The notes under the pieces: model-generated
The model's input: the letters and a program-made list of their open reading frames with translations, nothing else
Told to the model about the DNA's origin: nothing
The model's database searches: none
Sequence record: SRR20825006_2332
Reading direction: 5' to 3' (one strand)
Length of the DNA: 64,000 nt
Program-made: the position numbers and the translations under genes
Shown here: positions 19,487-30,168 of the stretch, in pieces
Layout: each line of letters begins with the position of its first letter
How positions within the stretch are numbered: position 1 is the stretch's first letter

Positions 19487-21688
19487 TCAACGATTCACTT
19501 GCCACTGGACTTGGTCCGACGCGTCACGCGCGTCGTAGATCGCTTTTGTCGTCGGCCATTCAGCTTCCTCTGAACACTGAATCGTCAACGCATACGGAGC
19601 ACGCCAAGCGGCCAACGCATCGACGTCACCGTACTTCACGATGCCGGGCACGAAGTGCTGATCATCCTGATGCTGCAGGTCCGCGAAACGGAATCCATTG
19701 ACAGCGATCGTCGCATCAGCGAGGAACGGGCCGGCGATTGCCGCCGCTGGCAACACATAAGCGGCGGAACCTTCGGGTGCGACCAAGCTCACACCTCCCG
19801 GCGGGTTCTGGAAGGCAGCGATGACAGCCAAAACATCGCCGCATCGAGTGGCGGCCAACGGCCGATTGTAGCCGTAGGTGAACGCCGCCGACGCACGCCG
19901 CGGTTGTGGATTCGTTCGCTGCTTTCCTTCGGGAGCGTCCGTCGGCATTGCCGCGATGTCGATCACAATGACGGCTTTCGATTTTCGCAACTGAGCCGCA
20001 AATGCGTCCGACCACTCTGGAGTGTCCGTGGTCTCGTCAGCCGCCGAGTGCACCCAAAGAACCGTTCCACCGGAGGAGGCATTGTCGCCTGATTGTGAGA
20101 CCCACTTTCGAATTGGGATCTCACGCCGGCGAGCCTCATCGGTCACGACTCCAGAAACCAACGTCGCTCCGGATTCGTGCTCGATGGGATCCGAGTATGA
20201 CACTGACACACTCGAAGTCTCGGGGATAGGTAAATCGAACAGCGTTGCCAGAGCAGGGCGGATCGTTTGATCAAATCCGTTCTCGGTTGCCGACAGCCCA
20301 AGACAATCTTCGAGCAATTGCTGACTCTGGTTGTTCCACCAACCCAACACCGTTTGTTCGTGCTTCGGACCTCGCTGGGTTGGCGCAGGATGGTCGTCAT
20401 TCCAAACCGCACCTTCGTCGTCAGTGATCGCAGGAAAATCAGTTTCGACGACGGGAGTCTCCAACCCCAGATTCAGATGTTCGTCCATCCATCCATACAT
20501 GATCCGGCGAGTCACATAGTTGTAATTGTGTTTGAACTGCACCAATGATTCACACAAGACATGATCAGGATGATTCATCATCCCGTACAGTTGCTTCAGT
20601 TCGGGATACCCATCCGACATCATCTCGATGGTCCAGTCGTCCGCCGCCGTCATTCCCATCGGTTTGGGTGCCATCAACGCAGCCAATTCCACATTACCCG
20701 TGCCGATCCGAAGCAAGCAAGCGTTCTCGCAGGCACAACCGCCTTGCATGGATGTCGAGACCATTCCGTTGGGAAAGCTTGCCGCGATTCGAGGTTCCAA
20801 TGCATCCAAAAGAATCGTTTGAGTCCCACCGCCACTGCCGCCAGTGACCGCCAAGCGATCCGGATCGACCTCGTCGAGGGATGCCAGAAAGTCGAAAGAA
20901 CGCAACGCGTTGTAGGTCTGCAGGCCAAGAATGGATTGCAATCGAGCTTCGGCTGGTGTGCTGAAAAACAATTCAGGATCAGAACCGGCCGGAACATTTT
21001 CCTCGGGCCGAGTCGCATGTCGACGATGAGCGAACTCGTAGCTGAGTTGCACGGAATCGGCATATCCAACCATGTCAAAGATGAACGACACACACCCCAT
21101 TCGGGCCAACGTCGCGCAGCGAGCCAGCTTGGGATGACTGCCCGACTCCATGTACATCTCGTCGCCGCTTTCAATCAGCTGCTTCATCTTGTCAGCATTG
21201 TTGCGCATCATCCGACCACCGTGCCCGTGCGGGCAAAGCACTCCAGGTCGTTTTCCATCCGAGTTCAATCCGCGGGCAACGCTGTCACCTGTCGGACGGA
21301 ACAACAACCCAGTCACGAAGTGCCCGGGCAGACTTTCGAAGTAAACCTTTTCGATTTGGAAACCATCTCGTTTCACCACGGAATGGATGGTCGCCTTGAT
21401 CGGTGGTCGAGGCAGCATTGGATGCAGCCCCGTTGCCATCGCAACTCGCGTTCGCAGTTGTTCCGCCCGTGATTCCCATTGCTCGAGCGTTTCAGGAACC
21501 TCAAACGGAAAATGCCCATCGAGCGTCTTCAGTTCGGGCAACGATTCGGAATTGACAGGTGCATCTGTGGCCGTTTCTTCGGCTCGCACGGCAGCGATGG
21601 GCAGCAACACGAATGTCACCAGCAGCGTGGCGAGCCCGCCTCGAAACACCGGATGTAAAACGAGTTTCTTCGTCCGTAGGATTTTCAT
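19487..21688 (-). CDS. Secreted alpha/beta hydrolase (acetylxylan esterase-like)
   Basis: Signal peptide, LCPHGH, nucleophile elbow TGGSGGGTQT and GGCACEN. Confidence 0.8.
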   Translation of the reverse strand: MKILRTKKLVLHPVFRGGLATLLVTFVLLPIAAVRAEETATDAPVNSESLPELKTLDGHFPFEVPETLEQWESRAEQLRTRVAMATGLHPMLPRPPIKATIHSVVKRDGFQIEKVYFESLPGHFVTGLLFRPTGDSVARGLNSDGKRPGVLCPHGHGGRMMRNNADKMKQLIESGDEMYMESGSHPKLARCATLARMGCVSFIFDMVGYADSVQLSYEFAHRRHATRPEENVPAGSDPELFFSTPAEARLQSILGLQTYNALRSFDFLASLDEVDPDRLAVTGGSGGGTQTILLDALEPRIAASFPNGMVSTSMQGGCACENACLLRIGTGNVELAALMAPKPMGMTAADDWTIEMMSDGYPELKQLYGMMNHPDHVLCESLVQFKHNYNYVTRRIMYGWMDEHLNLGLETPVVETDFPAITDDEGAVWNDDHPAPTQRGPKHEQTVLGWWNNQSQQLLEDCLGLSATENGFDQTIRPALATLFDLPIPETSSVSVSYSDPIEHESGATLVSGVVTDEARRREIPIRKWVSQSGDNASSGGTVLWVHSAADETTDTPEWSDAFAAQLRKSKAVIVIDIAAMPTDAPEGKQRTNPQPRRASAAFTYGYNRPLAATRCGDVLAVIAAFQNPPGGVSLVAPEGSAAYVLPAAAIAGPFLADATIAVNGFRFADLQHQDDQHFVPGIVKYGDVDALAAWRAPYALTIQCSEEAEWPTTKAIYDARDASDQVQWQVNR

Positions 21689-21745
21689 GTGGGATTCATC
21701 GGTAGGAGGGGTGCTGAACAGCGGAGGGAAATCAGTGCATTGAGT

Positions 21746-22363
21746 TTAGGCTTCCAAAGCCGAAGCGATGCGATTTCGCATCCGCCCGACCGTTGGAAAC
21801 ATGGCCACCACGCCCAGCAAAGCGACCAAGGCGCACAACAAATTGACTGGCGATCGAGTCAAAAACATCATCACAAAGTTGATCGCCGCGGTGCCTTCCA
21901 TGACCGCCTGCCCGATCAACCGAGCCGTTTGATCGGTCTGGCAAAAACGACTCAGAGGCAGTGGCATGGGTTCCCGTTCAGGCCATTGGGCCCAAGTGCG
22001 AGCGGAGGCGACTGCTCCATCGGCCGATCTCAATTCCGTCGCCGCCGCAGATCGCAACATGGCCGGTACCAGAAACGCGACCACCGTATTGGCAACCAAG
22101 GCCACCACGCCAATCAAAACAAAGATCGTTTGGTTCTCTTCCGGTGGTTCGTCTGCCCCGATCATCCAAAGAATCACTCCCATGAACACACAACCCAATG
22201 TCAGTCCAAACGTGATCACCATTCCTTGAAACGCCCAACCGGCCAAGGTTGTGCCACTTGAATCGCTCGAATTGTCCAGGTCAGAATGCGGCATGTTCGG
22301 AGTGGAAGAAGGATCTGAATTCATTCGTCTTGTCGGGTGCGATAAGGTGTTGCAGTGGATCAT
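21746..22363 (-). CDS. Hypothetical membrane protein
   Basis: About four hydrophobic segments. Start may be ATG 22324. Confidence 0.6.
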   Translation of the reverse strand: MIHCNTLSHPTRRMNSDPSSTPNMPHSDLDNSSDSSGTTLAGWAFQGMVITFGLTLGCVFMGVILWMIGADEPPEENQTIFVLIGVVALVANTVVAFLVPAMLRSAAATELRSADGAVASARTWAQWPEREPMPLPLSRFCQTDQTARLIGQAVMEGTAAINFVMMFLTRSPVNLLCALVALLGVVAMFPTVGRMRNRIASALEA

Positions 22364-22412
22364 GATGTCGAGGACACAACACCAAGTCTAACCCTCAGCC
22401 AACTCGCCTGCA

Positions 22413-23330
22413 TTGCGTCTGTACTACACCGATCACTTTGACCTGCCGTTGCCTGACGGCCACAGGTTTCCGATGTCCAAGCACCGTCTCTTGAGACAGC
22501 GGATCGTCGAATCCGATCATCATCGCGACGACGCACTGATCGTCCCTCAAGCGGCAACCGACGAGCAACTTCTTCATTGCCACACACCGGACTATGTCCA
22601 GCGGGTTCAGTCGGGAACTTTGACCAAGCAAGAAATCCGGCGCATCGGATTTCCATGGTCCGAGAAAATGGTGGAGCGTTCACGTCGAAGCACCGGTGCC
22701 ACGATCTCAGCGGCACGGGCGGCCCTCGAGGAAGGAGTCTCCGCCAACCTCGCCGGTGGCACTCACCATGCGTTCGCCGGCGAAGGCGAAGGCTACTGCG
22801 TGTTCAACGATGCCGCGGTCGCGATCCGAACACTTCAATCCGAGGGACTGATTCAGCGAGCCGCGATCATCGATTTGGACGTCCATCAGGGCAACGGCAC
22901 AGCATCGATCTTGAAGGACGTGCCCAGCGTTTTCACTTGTTCGGTGCACGGGGTCAAAAACTTTCCCCTGCGGAAAATGCCTAGCGATCTGGATGTCAGT
23001 CTTCCCGACGGAACGGGAGACGACGACTACTGCGACGCGTTGCGATCCGTCCTCGCGAAACTGGAGAAACATCAAAGTGAATCAGGTCAATTTGACTTGG
23101 TCATCTACCTCGCCGGTGCCGATCCGTACAAGAACGACCGGCTGGGGCGACTGTCGCTGACGATGGACGGATTGCGACGAAGAGACGAGTTGGTGCTCCA
23201 GTGGTGTCATCACAACGATTTGCCGGTGGCAATCGCCATGGCTGGGGGTTACTCTGTAGAAGTCAAAGAGATCGTTGACATTCACTCCCAAACCTTACAT
23301 ATCGCCAAAGTTTGGTCACTGTCCCATTGA
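22413..23330 (+). CDS. Histone deacetylase family protein
   Basis: HRFPMSK, GGTHHA, GYCVFND, DLDVHQGNG, YLAGADP and GGY motifs. Confidence 0.92.
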   Translation: MRLYYTDHFDLPLPDGHRFPMSKHRLLRQRIVESDHHRDDALIVPQAATDEQLLHCHTPDYVQRVQSGTLTKQEIRRIGFPWSEKMVERSRRSTGATISAARAALEEGVSANLAGGTHHAFAGEGEGYCVFNDAAVAIRTLQSEGLIQRAAIIDLDVHQGNGTASILKDVPSVFTCSVHGVKNFPLRKMPSDLDVSLPDGTGDDDYCDALRSVLAKLEKHQSESGQFDLVIYLAGADPYKNDRLGRLSLTMDGLRRRDELVLQWCHHNDLPVAIAMAGGYSVEVKEIVDIHSQTLHIAKVWSLSH

Positions 23331-23339
23331 GCTTCGTTG

Positions 23340-23987
23340 ATGTCGTCGATCACGCAAATCTTGCAAAGTAGTCAAAACGGCGACGCTGCCAAAACCGACC
23401 AGATGTTCTCGTTTCTATACGACGATCTGCGTCGGATGGCGGGCCGGTTCCTTCAATCTGAGCCGCGGCGGGAGCGACTGAGCAGCTCGTCCCTGGTCCA
23501 CCAAGCCTATGTGCGAATGGTCGACCAAGACCATGTTGATTGGCAGGGCAAGACGCACTTTTTTGCAATCGGTGCGACCGTGATGCGGCGAATTCTGGTC
23601 GATCACGCTCGGCGGACCCAAGCCCAAAAGCGTGGTGGAGGTTGGATTCGGCGTCAGCTGGACGACGAAGTCACTTTTTTGTTGGACCAGGACGATGACG
23701 TTGTAGCGTTGGATGAACTGCTGCTGCAGTTGGCGAGCTTAAGTCCACGCCAAGCCCGAGTGGTCGAACTTCGATTCTTTGGTGGCCTGGGGATGAAGGA
23801 GATTGCTGCGGAACTCAACCTTGGACTTCGCACTGTCGAAAAAGAATGGGCGATGGCTCGTGCCTGGATGCGACGCGAACTTCGCGACCCAGATGAAGAG
23901 GGTTCAGAAGAGGTCCGCTCAGAAGCAGAAGGCTCAGAACCCAAGGCCGATGACCTGCCCACCGACGATCCATCGTCCACCTCATGA
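23340..23987 (+). CDS. ECF sigma factor, TIGR02999-like
   Basis: LYDDLRRMA, SLVHQAYVRM, MRRILVDHAR...KRGG, VVELRFFGGL and ARAWMRREL motifs. Confidence 0.92.
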   Translation: MSSITQILQSSQNGDAAKTDQMFSFLYDDLRRMAGRFLQSEPRRERLSSSSLVHQAYVRMVDQDHVDWQGKTHFFAIGATVMRRILVDHARRTQAQKRGGGWIRRQLDDEVTFLLDQDDDVVALDELLLQLASLSPRQARVVELRFFGGLGMKEIAAELNLGLRTVEKEWAMARAWMRRELRDPDEEGSEEVRSEAEGSEPKADDLPTDDPSSTS

Positions 23988-26626
23988 TGGATGCGGATCG
24001 TTACCAACGTGTCCGCGACCTGTTCTGGGAAGCCGAAGAGATCGAAGAGGGCGCGAGAGAAAAGTTCATTCGCGACCAAGCTGCCGGCGATGAAGAACTG
24101 ATTCGCGAGGTCCTTTCGCTTCTCGCCGAACATGATCCCAACGCAGCTCGTGTGGAAGGCGCAGCAACGCGGCCAAAACCCGGCAACGGATCGGTGCCCT
24201 TTGGACAAGGCCTACCAACGCCCCGGGAAACGACCGAATCGGAAGTGATCAGAGCCATCCGATCCATGTCGGAAACCGCCTCCGGTGCGAAGCCCGATTC
24301 CAATGGAGAGACCGTTCCCGGCTCCATTCCTGGCAACGCAAGTGCGGGACACACTGTGCACGCTGCGCAGCGAACCCATGCGATGCCGCGTCACGATGCA
24401 AACCGCCCGCAACCGTCTCGCAGCCGACAACGAAAAACGTTGACCTCGATTGGTCCAATCAATCGGGCAAAGCAATACAACTGGGTCGTTTGGCTACTCA
24501 CCGCCGTCACGATCACTTGCATCTGGGTGGTTGCAGCATGGGTAGACCGCCGACTGCAACGGCAAGCCGACTTGTCCATCCAACGGTCACTCTCGCTGGC
24601 ACTGGATCTATCAACAATCAAAGTGGAACAACTGCTGAACCGCGACAAACAATTCGCGATCGATTTGTCGCGTCAGCCAGAAGTCCGAAATGCGATTCGT
24701 TCACGGTCTCAAAATTTGTCGTCCGCTGAACTCGCCGACTCGATTGAAAATCAAACACTGCTATTCACCCAAGCCGTTCGCAACGTGAATGCCGATCGAC
24801 CCGAATTCGAATCGCATGACCTTCCGGCGTTCCAGCCGCCTGATGTCATCTTCTTCAGTCGAGACCTTCAACCACTGTCGATTGTCTTCGGCAACGATCG
24901 TGGCCGCTCGATGACCGATGAAGCCAATGTCCAACTCCCACCCGACGGGGCCGCTGATTTGGCCCGAGCACTCAGTGGGCGGACCGTGCTCCATGCTCCA
25001 TCACCACTAGCAACCTTGCTAGGAAAAACACTCGCCGACGAGTTGGATCATGCGGTGTCCAATCCATTGGCGTGGATCGTTCCCGTTCACGAACAATCGT
25101 CTGCCGAAACCGAAGAACCGGATTCGCTTCGATCAGATGTTCTCGGTGCGGCAGTCATCATTCCGCCGAACACCAGCCGCTGGTTGAACGAAACCCTCGC
25201 ATTGATCAGCCACGCGAATTCGGTCGATGCGTACTTGGTTGACCGCGACGGATTCATGCAAACTCGCAGCTTGAATTTGCCCGAACAGATCACTCAGTCA
25301 TTGGGAGCCAGATTTCGCGTCACGGAAATTGCCAACCCTTCCGAAGCGGAAGAACGTCTGAATCAATTGGTCGCCCAGCTCGACCGCCTGACCGAATCGG
25401 CAATGCTGAATCCAAACAGTGAATCATCGATCGGTCGCACGATTCATCCACTTACAATCGCCGCAGCCTCGGTTTCGCACAGCCCCGAACCACAGGTGCA
25501 TGGTCAGACTTACCGCACCTACACCGGCAAGGACTGCGTCGGTGTATGGCAGTGGCTGCCAGAGTTTGGAATGGGACTGATCATCGAGAGCGATTCCCAT
25601 CAACTGACCTATCCGCTGGCCTCCACTTGGCCATGGGCGTTGCTGCTTTCGATCGCATCCATCCTTCCGATCCTGGTTGCCAGACGGCTTTCAAAAGGCC
25701 CCGCACCATCGGCTTTGAAACAACCACTTGGACGCTATCACATTCACGAGGAACTCGGTGCCGGTGGAATGGGAGTCGTTTATCGAGCCAGCCACACGGA
25801 ACTGGGACGCGAAATCGCGTTGAAAGTTCTGCGGGTCGACCGCCAAGACGACGATGATCATCGCCGGTTTGACCGCGAAGCGCGTTTGGCAGCCAGTTTG
25901 TGCAGTCCTCACAGCGTGACGATTTACGATTACGGACACAATGAACACGGCGAAGCTTTTTGCGTCATGCAACTGCTCGACGGTCTAACGTTGTCTGAAA
26001 TCGTTGCTCGAAGCGGTCACCAACAACCGGCTCGAGCAATATGGATCATGCGTCAGGTCTGCCAAGCGGTCCTGGAGGCTCATTCCCAAGGCCTGATGCA
26101 TCGCGATCTCAAACCGCAAAACATCATGCTTAGCTTTGACACCATCGTGGGTGACTGGGCAGTGGTATTTGACTTCGGGTTGGCTAAACCACTCGAGCCC
26201 AACCAAGGCGTTTTCCAAACCGCCGAGACCGTTTGGGCGGGAACGCCGATGTACATGGCACCTGAACGATTCCGTGCCCCCTCGGTGATGGACCCGCGAA
26301 GCGATGTCTATTCCCTCGGTTGTGTCTTATACTTTTTGTTGTCGGGTCGTCCGCCGTTTGCCGAATGCGATCCCGAGTCCATGTTCGCGTTGATTTTGAC
26401 GCAACAACCGCTCGAGATTGAAACGCATCGCGGCGAGCCGGTCGAAACCGAACTGAACGCGTTGGTGCAAACTTGCATGGCCAAGGACAAACACGACCGT
26501 GTGGGCTCCGTCGCGGATCTGATTCAGCGTTTGGATGCACTCGCTCCGCGGTATCCTTGGACACAAGAGGACGCACGCCATTGGTGGCAACGTCACGCCG
26601 ATGAAGAACTCGCCAAAAAGCTTTGA
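23984..26626 (+). CDS. Membrane Ser/Thr protein kinase with periplasmic sensor and C-terminal kinase domain
   Basis: Two TM segments flank a large loop. Kinase motifs LGAGGMGVVY, ALK, HRDLKPQN, DFGLAK, GTPMYMAPE and DVYSLG. ATGA overlap with the sigma gene. Confidence 0.9.
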   Translation: MMDADRYQRVRDLFWEAEEIEEGAREKFIRDQAAGDEELIREVLSLLAEHDPNAARVEGAATRPKPGNGSVPFGQGLPTPRETTESEVIRAIRSMSETASGAKPDSNGETVPGSIPGNASAGHTVHAAQRTHAMPRHDANRPQPSRSRQRKTLTSIGPINRAKQYNWVVWLLTAVTITCIWVVAAWVDRRLQRQADLSIQRSLSLALDLSTIKVEQLLNRDKQFAIDLSRQPEVRNAIRSRSQNLSSAELADSIENQTLLFTQAVRNVNADRPEFESHDLPAFQPPDVIFFSRDLQPLSIVFGNDRGRSMTDEANVQLPPDGAADLARALSGRTVLHAPSPLATLLGKTLADELDHAVSNPLAWIVPVHEQSSAETEEPDSLRSDVLGAAVIIPPNTSRWLNETLALISHANSVDAYLVDRDGFMQTRSLNLPEQITQSLGARFRVTEIANPSEAEERLNQLVAQLDRLTESAMLNPNSESSIGRTIHPLTIAAASVSHSPEPQVHGQTYRTYTGKDCVGVWQWLPEFGMGLIIESDSHQLTYPLASTWPWALLLSIASILPILVARRLSKGPAPSALKQPLGRYHIHEELGAGGMGVVYRASHTELGREIALKVLRVDRQDDDDHRRFDREARLAASLCSPHSVTIYDYGHNEHGEAFCVMQLLDGLTLSEIVARSGHQQPARAIWIMRQVCQAVLEAHSQGLMHRDLKPQNIMLSFDTIVGDWAVVFDFGLAKPLEPNQGVFQTAETVWAGTPMYMAPERFRAPSVMDPRSDVYSLGCVLYFLLSGRPPFAECDPESMFALILTQQPLEIETHRGEPVETELNALVQTCMAKDKHDRVGSVADLIQRLDALAPRYPWTQEDARHWWQRHADEELAKKL

Positions 26627-26630
26627 AATC

Positions 26631-29600
26631 ATGCGACGATGGTGGACACAACTTTGGCGACGTCCACGATCTTGGGTGATCCTTGTTCTCTTCGTTGCCG
26701 TTGCCGATGCAATGACGCCACCGGACTGGGCGGTCGTGGTTGCTCATCTAATCTTCTTGCCGTTGGCTTGGCGAGTGCTACACCGTCGCTTCATCACCTG
26801 GATGACAGCGATTCAAAGCGTCGCCGTCGCCGCGGTGGGTTTGCTTCATGTCTTTGGCCCGATCGCCCAACGGTTCGCCGGAGCGGCCGGTGCGGAACCG
26901 TTTGCCTGGATCGAACCAGTTCGACTGTGGACATTCTTTGCGTTGATGGCAACAGGCTATTTCCACATCTACTTACAAGGCCGTTTGCGCACACGCCTGA
27001 AACATCAGCGAACGCTTCAGCACCGAGTGCATCGACGATCGTTGCAAATTCGGCGAGTCAACCGAGCGTTGCGGAACGAAGTTACGCGACGTCAAGAAAC
27101 TCAACATCGACTGGATCAAAGCGAAACGACTTTCCAATCGCTGATCGATCGCATGCACCTGCAGGTCGCACGCAAAAGTGCCGAAGGTGTGTTCACTTAC
27201 GCCAACGAACAGTTCTGCGCAGACATCGGAATGACCCCCGTCGATGTGATCGGCAGTACCGATGCGGAACTCTTTGGTGATTCAATCGGTGCCAAGTATC
27301 GCGCAGATGACTTGTCGGTGATGTCGACCGGACAAGCGGTCGACAAGGTGGAGGTGCATCCGGGTCCCGATGGTCGCATTGGATTCGCTCAAGTCTTCAA
27401 AGCACCGGAGTACGATCAAAATGGACAATGCGTTGGCGTTCAGATCATTTTTTGGGACATCACCGAAAAACATCGAAACGAGATTGCCCTTCGGGACAGC
27501 GAGGCTCGCAAACGAGCGTTATTTGATGCCGCCGGTGACGCGGTCCTATTGATCGATGACCAACGTGCGATCGTGGAAGCCAACCCGTCGGCCAGCGAAC
27601 TTTTGCAAGCCGGTGGCGGACGCTTGGTTGGGCGTCCGTTGAACGATTTAATTTCACCGGTGTCCAACCAATGGAGTGGATTGCCACTGGCCGAACGCCA
27701 TCAACTGCGACTCCGCCGTGGCGATGGCAGTTCATTTGAGAGCGAAGTTTCCATCCACCATATTCCGGTCGGTGATGCGACCGGGCAAGCCGTCATCATT
27801 CGCGACGTCACATTGCAACGGGCTGCGTTTGAAGCAATGCGGGAAGCGAAGGCAGCGGCTGAACAAGCCAACCGTACAAAGACGCAATTCATGGCCGGCA
27901 TTTCACACGAATTGCGAACACCACTGGGAGGCATCCGAGGATTGACTGATCTATTGGGTCAGCAAACCCTGCCCACGGCAGCGCGTCGTTACGTCAACCT
28001 CATCGCTCAAAACACCGAGTTGCTTCGTGATGTCATCGAAGACATCCTTGACTTCGCCGCCATCGAAGCCGGTCGAGTCGCCATCGATCCGGTCCCAGTT
28101 GATTTGCACGAGGTCGTCGGTGATGCCTTCGGTTGCCTCGCCGTTCGAGTGGCCGACAAACCGGTTCGTTTATGTTTGTCGATTGCTCCCGACACCCCTC
28201 GACGAGTGATTGCCGATCCAAAACGAATTCGCCAAATCGTGATCAACTTAGCGGGCAACGCGATCAAATTCACCAATCGAGGTGAAGTCAGTTTGCGATT
28301 GGGCCCCATCGGTGACGTTCCGCCATCACACAGCAACGATGCCAACTCACCTGAACTCACATCCAACGAATCAACAGACGACACCCCGATGGCGTGGTTT
28401 GAACTGACCGTGTCCGACACCGGCATCGGCATCGCTCCCGAAAATCAATCGCGAATCTTTGATGCGTTTGAACAAGCCGATCGTGGCACCAACAAACAGT
28501 TCGGCGGAACCGGACTGGGCTTGGCAATCGCTCGCGGTTTGGCTCAACGAATGGGCGGCGACATCACCGTGACCAGCCAAGTGGATTTGGGCAGTCAATT
28601 CCAGTGCGCGCTTGCATTGCCTCTGGATACGAATCAGAAACGTGCTGAAAAGAAACCAGTCGTGTCGGCACCCGAAGGCGCCACCGCGGTGGTCTCGGTT
28701 GGCAACACCACGATGCAAGATGCGATCGCGGAAACGTTGTTGCACTGTCGCTGGCCGATCCGCACGCCATCGATGTTGGAAGCTGAATGCGTTCACCTGC
28801 ACTGGATCCTGACGGACCAAACCGCCGACGCCGCCTTCCGCATCCGGGCTCGCAAATCGAGCGACCGAGTCCTCTGGGTCACCAGAGCGGGTGAGCCTAC
28901 GCCCAGGCGTGCCAAACGCGAAGACGCGGTGGTGATCGAACCACTGCATCCCGATGAACTTCGGCGTTGGTTGGCTGGAAAACCATTGTTGCAATCAAGC
29001 CGTGGACAACGCAAACGACGCCGAGGAACCAAACCGGCAACGACGACCAAGAGCGATTCCAACCCTTCGAAATCACAGGCTCCCGGCACCGCGTTGCTCA
29101 CCAATTCACAATCTGCAAATGAACACGTCAACGCATCACCGACCGACGCCGTTCAGGGATACAAGTTGCTGGTCGTCGATGACAGTGCAACGAATCGCTT
29201 GGTGATTCACGACCAATTGGTTGCTTCGGGACATCGTGTACAAACCGCGGACTCAGGAGAAGCCGCCGTCGAGCGATTGGCATCCAATACCTTCGACTGC
29301 GTCCTCATGGACCTGCAAATGCCGAACATGGATGGAACCGAAGCAACTCGCATCATCCATCAACACGCCTTGAAAGCGGGCAAGACTCCGCCTCCGATCA
29401 TCGCATTGACCGCACATGTCACTGATCAGCATCGTCAGCTTTGCCGCGAAGCGGGAATGGACGGCTACATCACCAAACCGGTCGACCTCGATCTACTGCT
29501 GATGGAAATTGAACGCGTCCTAGGCGTTTCTCAGTCCGTAGAAACGGATGCAATGCTGCCTCCGATACTCTCGCAAGACAATGCTTCGCAAACGCCACCC

Positions 29601-30083
29601 GACCTGGACACCGCGAACTCACTTCCTAACGATTCATCGTCTTCCACCGAAGCGGCACCCGACGAAACAAGTGTCGAGACAGAGGACAACCAGCACTGGG
29701 ATTGGCGTTCGCAATTGTCAAAGCATTGCGGCGGTGACTCCGAGACAATGGACTCCGTTTGCGATGCATTCTTGATGGAAGTCCCTTCATTGCTGACCAA
29801 TCTTAAACAGGGTGCAAAACAAGGGGACGCGAACAAACTGAGATCGGCATCCCATACGCTGAAATCATGTTTGCGATACTTCGCGCCGAAAGAGGACGTC
29901 GCCATGGCCGCTGAAGTCGAATCCGCCATCCAGGATTCCGAGTGGGTGGAACGTCTGAAAGATGTCACCAACGATCCCAACACCGACGATGCCGAATCAC
30001 CTGAATCCAAAGCCATCGCGGACCTTCAAAGCAAAGCCACCGACTGGGTCTCTCGCATTCGCGAATCGGTCAAGCAACGCTAA
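26631..30083 (+). CDS. Hybrid sensor histidine kinase (TM-PAS-PAS-HisKA-HATPase-REC-HPt)
   Basis: SHELRTPL, NLAGNAIKFT, DTGIGI and GGTGLGL; receiver LVVDD...MDLQMP; HPt SHTLKS. Start chosen at ATG 26631. Confidence 0.92.
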   Translation: MRRWWTQLWRRPRSWVILVLFVAVADAMTPPDWAVVVAHLIFLPLAWRVLHRRFITWMTAIQSVAVAAVGLLHVFGPIAQRFAGAAGAEPFAWIEPVRLWTFFALMATGYFHIYLQGRLRTRLKHQRTLQHRVHRRSLQIRRVNRALRNEVTRRQETQHRLDQSETTFQSLIDRMHLQVARKSAEGVFTYANEQFCADIGMTPVDVIGSTDAELFGDSIGAKYRADDLSVMSTGQAVDKVEVHPGPDGRIGFAQVFKAPEYDQNGQCVGVQIIFWDITEKHRNEIALRDSEARKRALFDAAGDAVLLIDDQRAIVEANPSASELLQAGGGRLVGRPLNDLISPVSNQWSGLPLAERHQLRLRRGDGSSFESEVSIHHIPVGDATGQAVIIRDVTLQRAAFEAMREAKAAAEQANRTKTQFMAGISHELRTPLGGIRGLTDLLGQQTLPTAARRYVNLIAQNTELLRDVIEDILDFAAIEAGRVAIDPVPVDLHEVVGDAFGCLAVRVADKPVRLCLSIAPDTPRRVIADPKRIRQIVINLAGNAIKFTNRGEVSLRLGPIGDVPPSHSNDANSPELTSNESTDDTPMAWFELTVSDTGIGIAPENQSRIFDAFEQADRGTNKQFGGTGLGLAIARGLAQRMGGDITVTSQVDLGSQFQCALALPLDTNQKRAEKKPVVSAPEGATAVVSVGNTTMQDAIAETLLHCRWPIRTPSMLEAECVHLHWILTDQTADAAFRIRARKSSDRVLWVTRAGEPTPRRAKREDAVVIEPLHPDELRRWLAGKPLLQSSRGQRKRRRGTKPATTTKSDSNPSKSQAPGTALLTNSQSANEHVNASPTDAVQGYKLLVVDDSATNRLVIHDQLVASGHRVQTADSGEAAVERLASNTFDCVLMDLQMPNMDGTEATRIIHQHALKAGKTPPPIIALTAHVTDQHRQLCREAGMDGYITKPVDLDLLLMEIERVLGVSQSVETDAMLPPILSQDNASQTPPDLDTANSLPNDSSSSTEAAPDETSVETEDNQHWDWRSQLSKHCGGDSETMDSVCDAFLMEVPSLLTNLKQGAKQGDANKLRSASHTLKSCLRYFAPKEDVAMAAEVESAIQDSEWVERLKDVTNDPNTDDAESPESKAIADLQSKATDWVSRIRESVKQR

Positions 30084-30168
30084 AATGTTCGCTTCCAACG
30101 CGACGTTGATCGCCCTCAACGATCTGAATTTCCCTTTTGATGAATGACTTTTTCAGCGAGTGCACCCC

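Noticed and set aside
20561..21472. 303-aa plus-strand ORF
   Set aside because: Antisense shadow of the esterase gene, as is common in GC-rich coding DNA.
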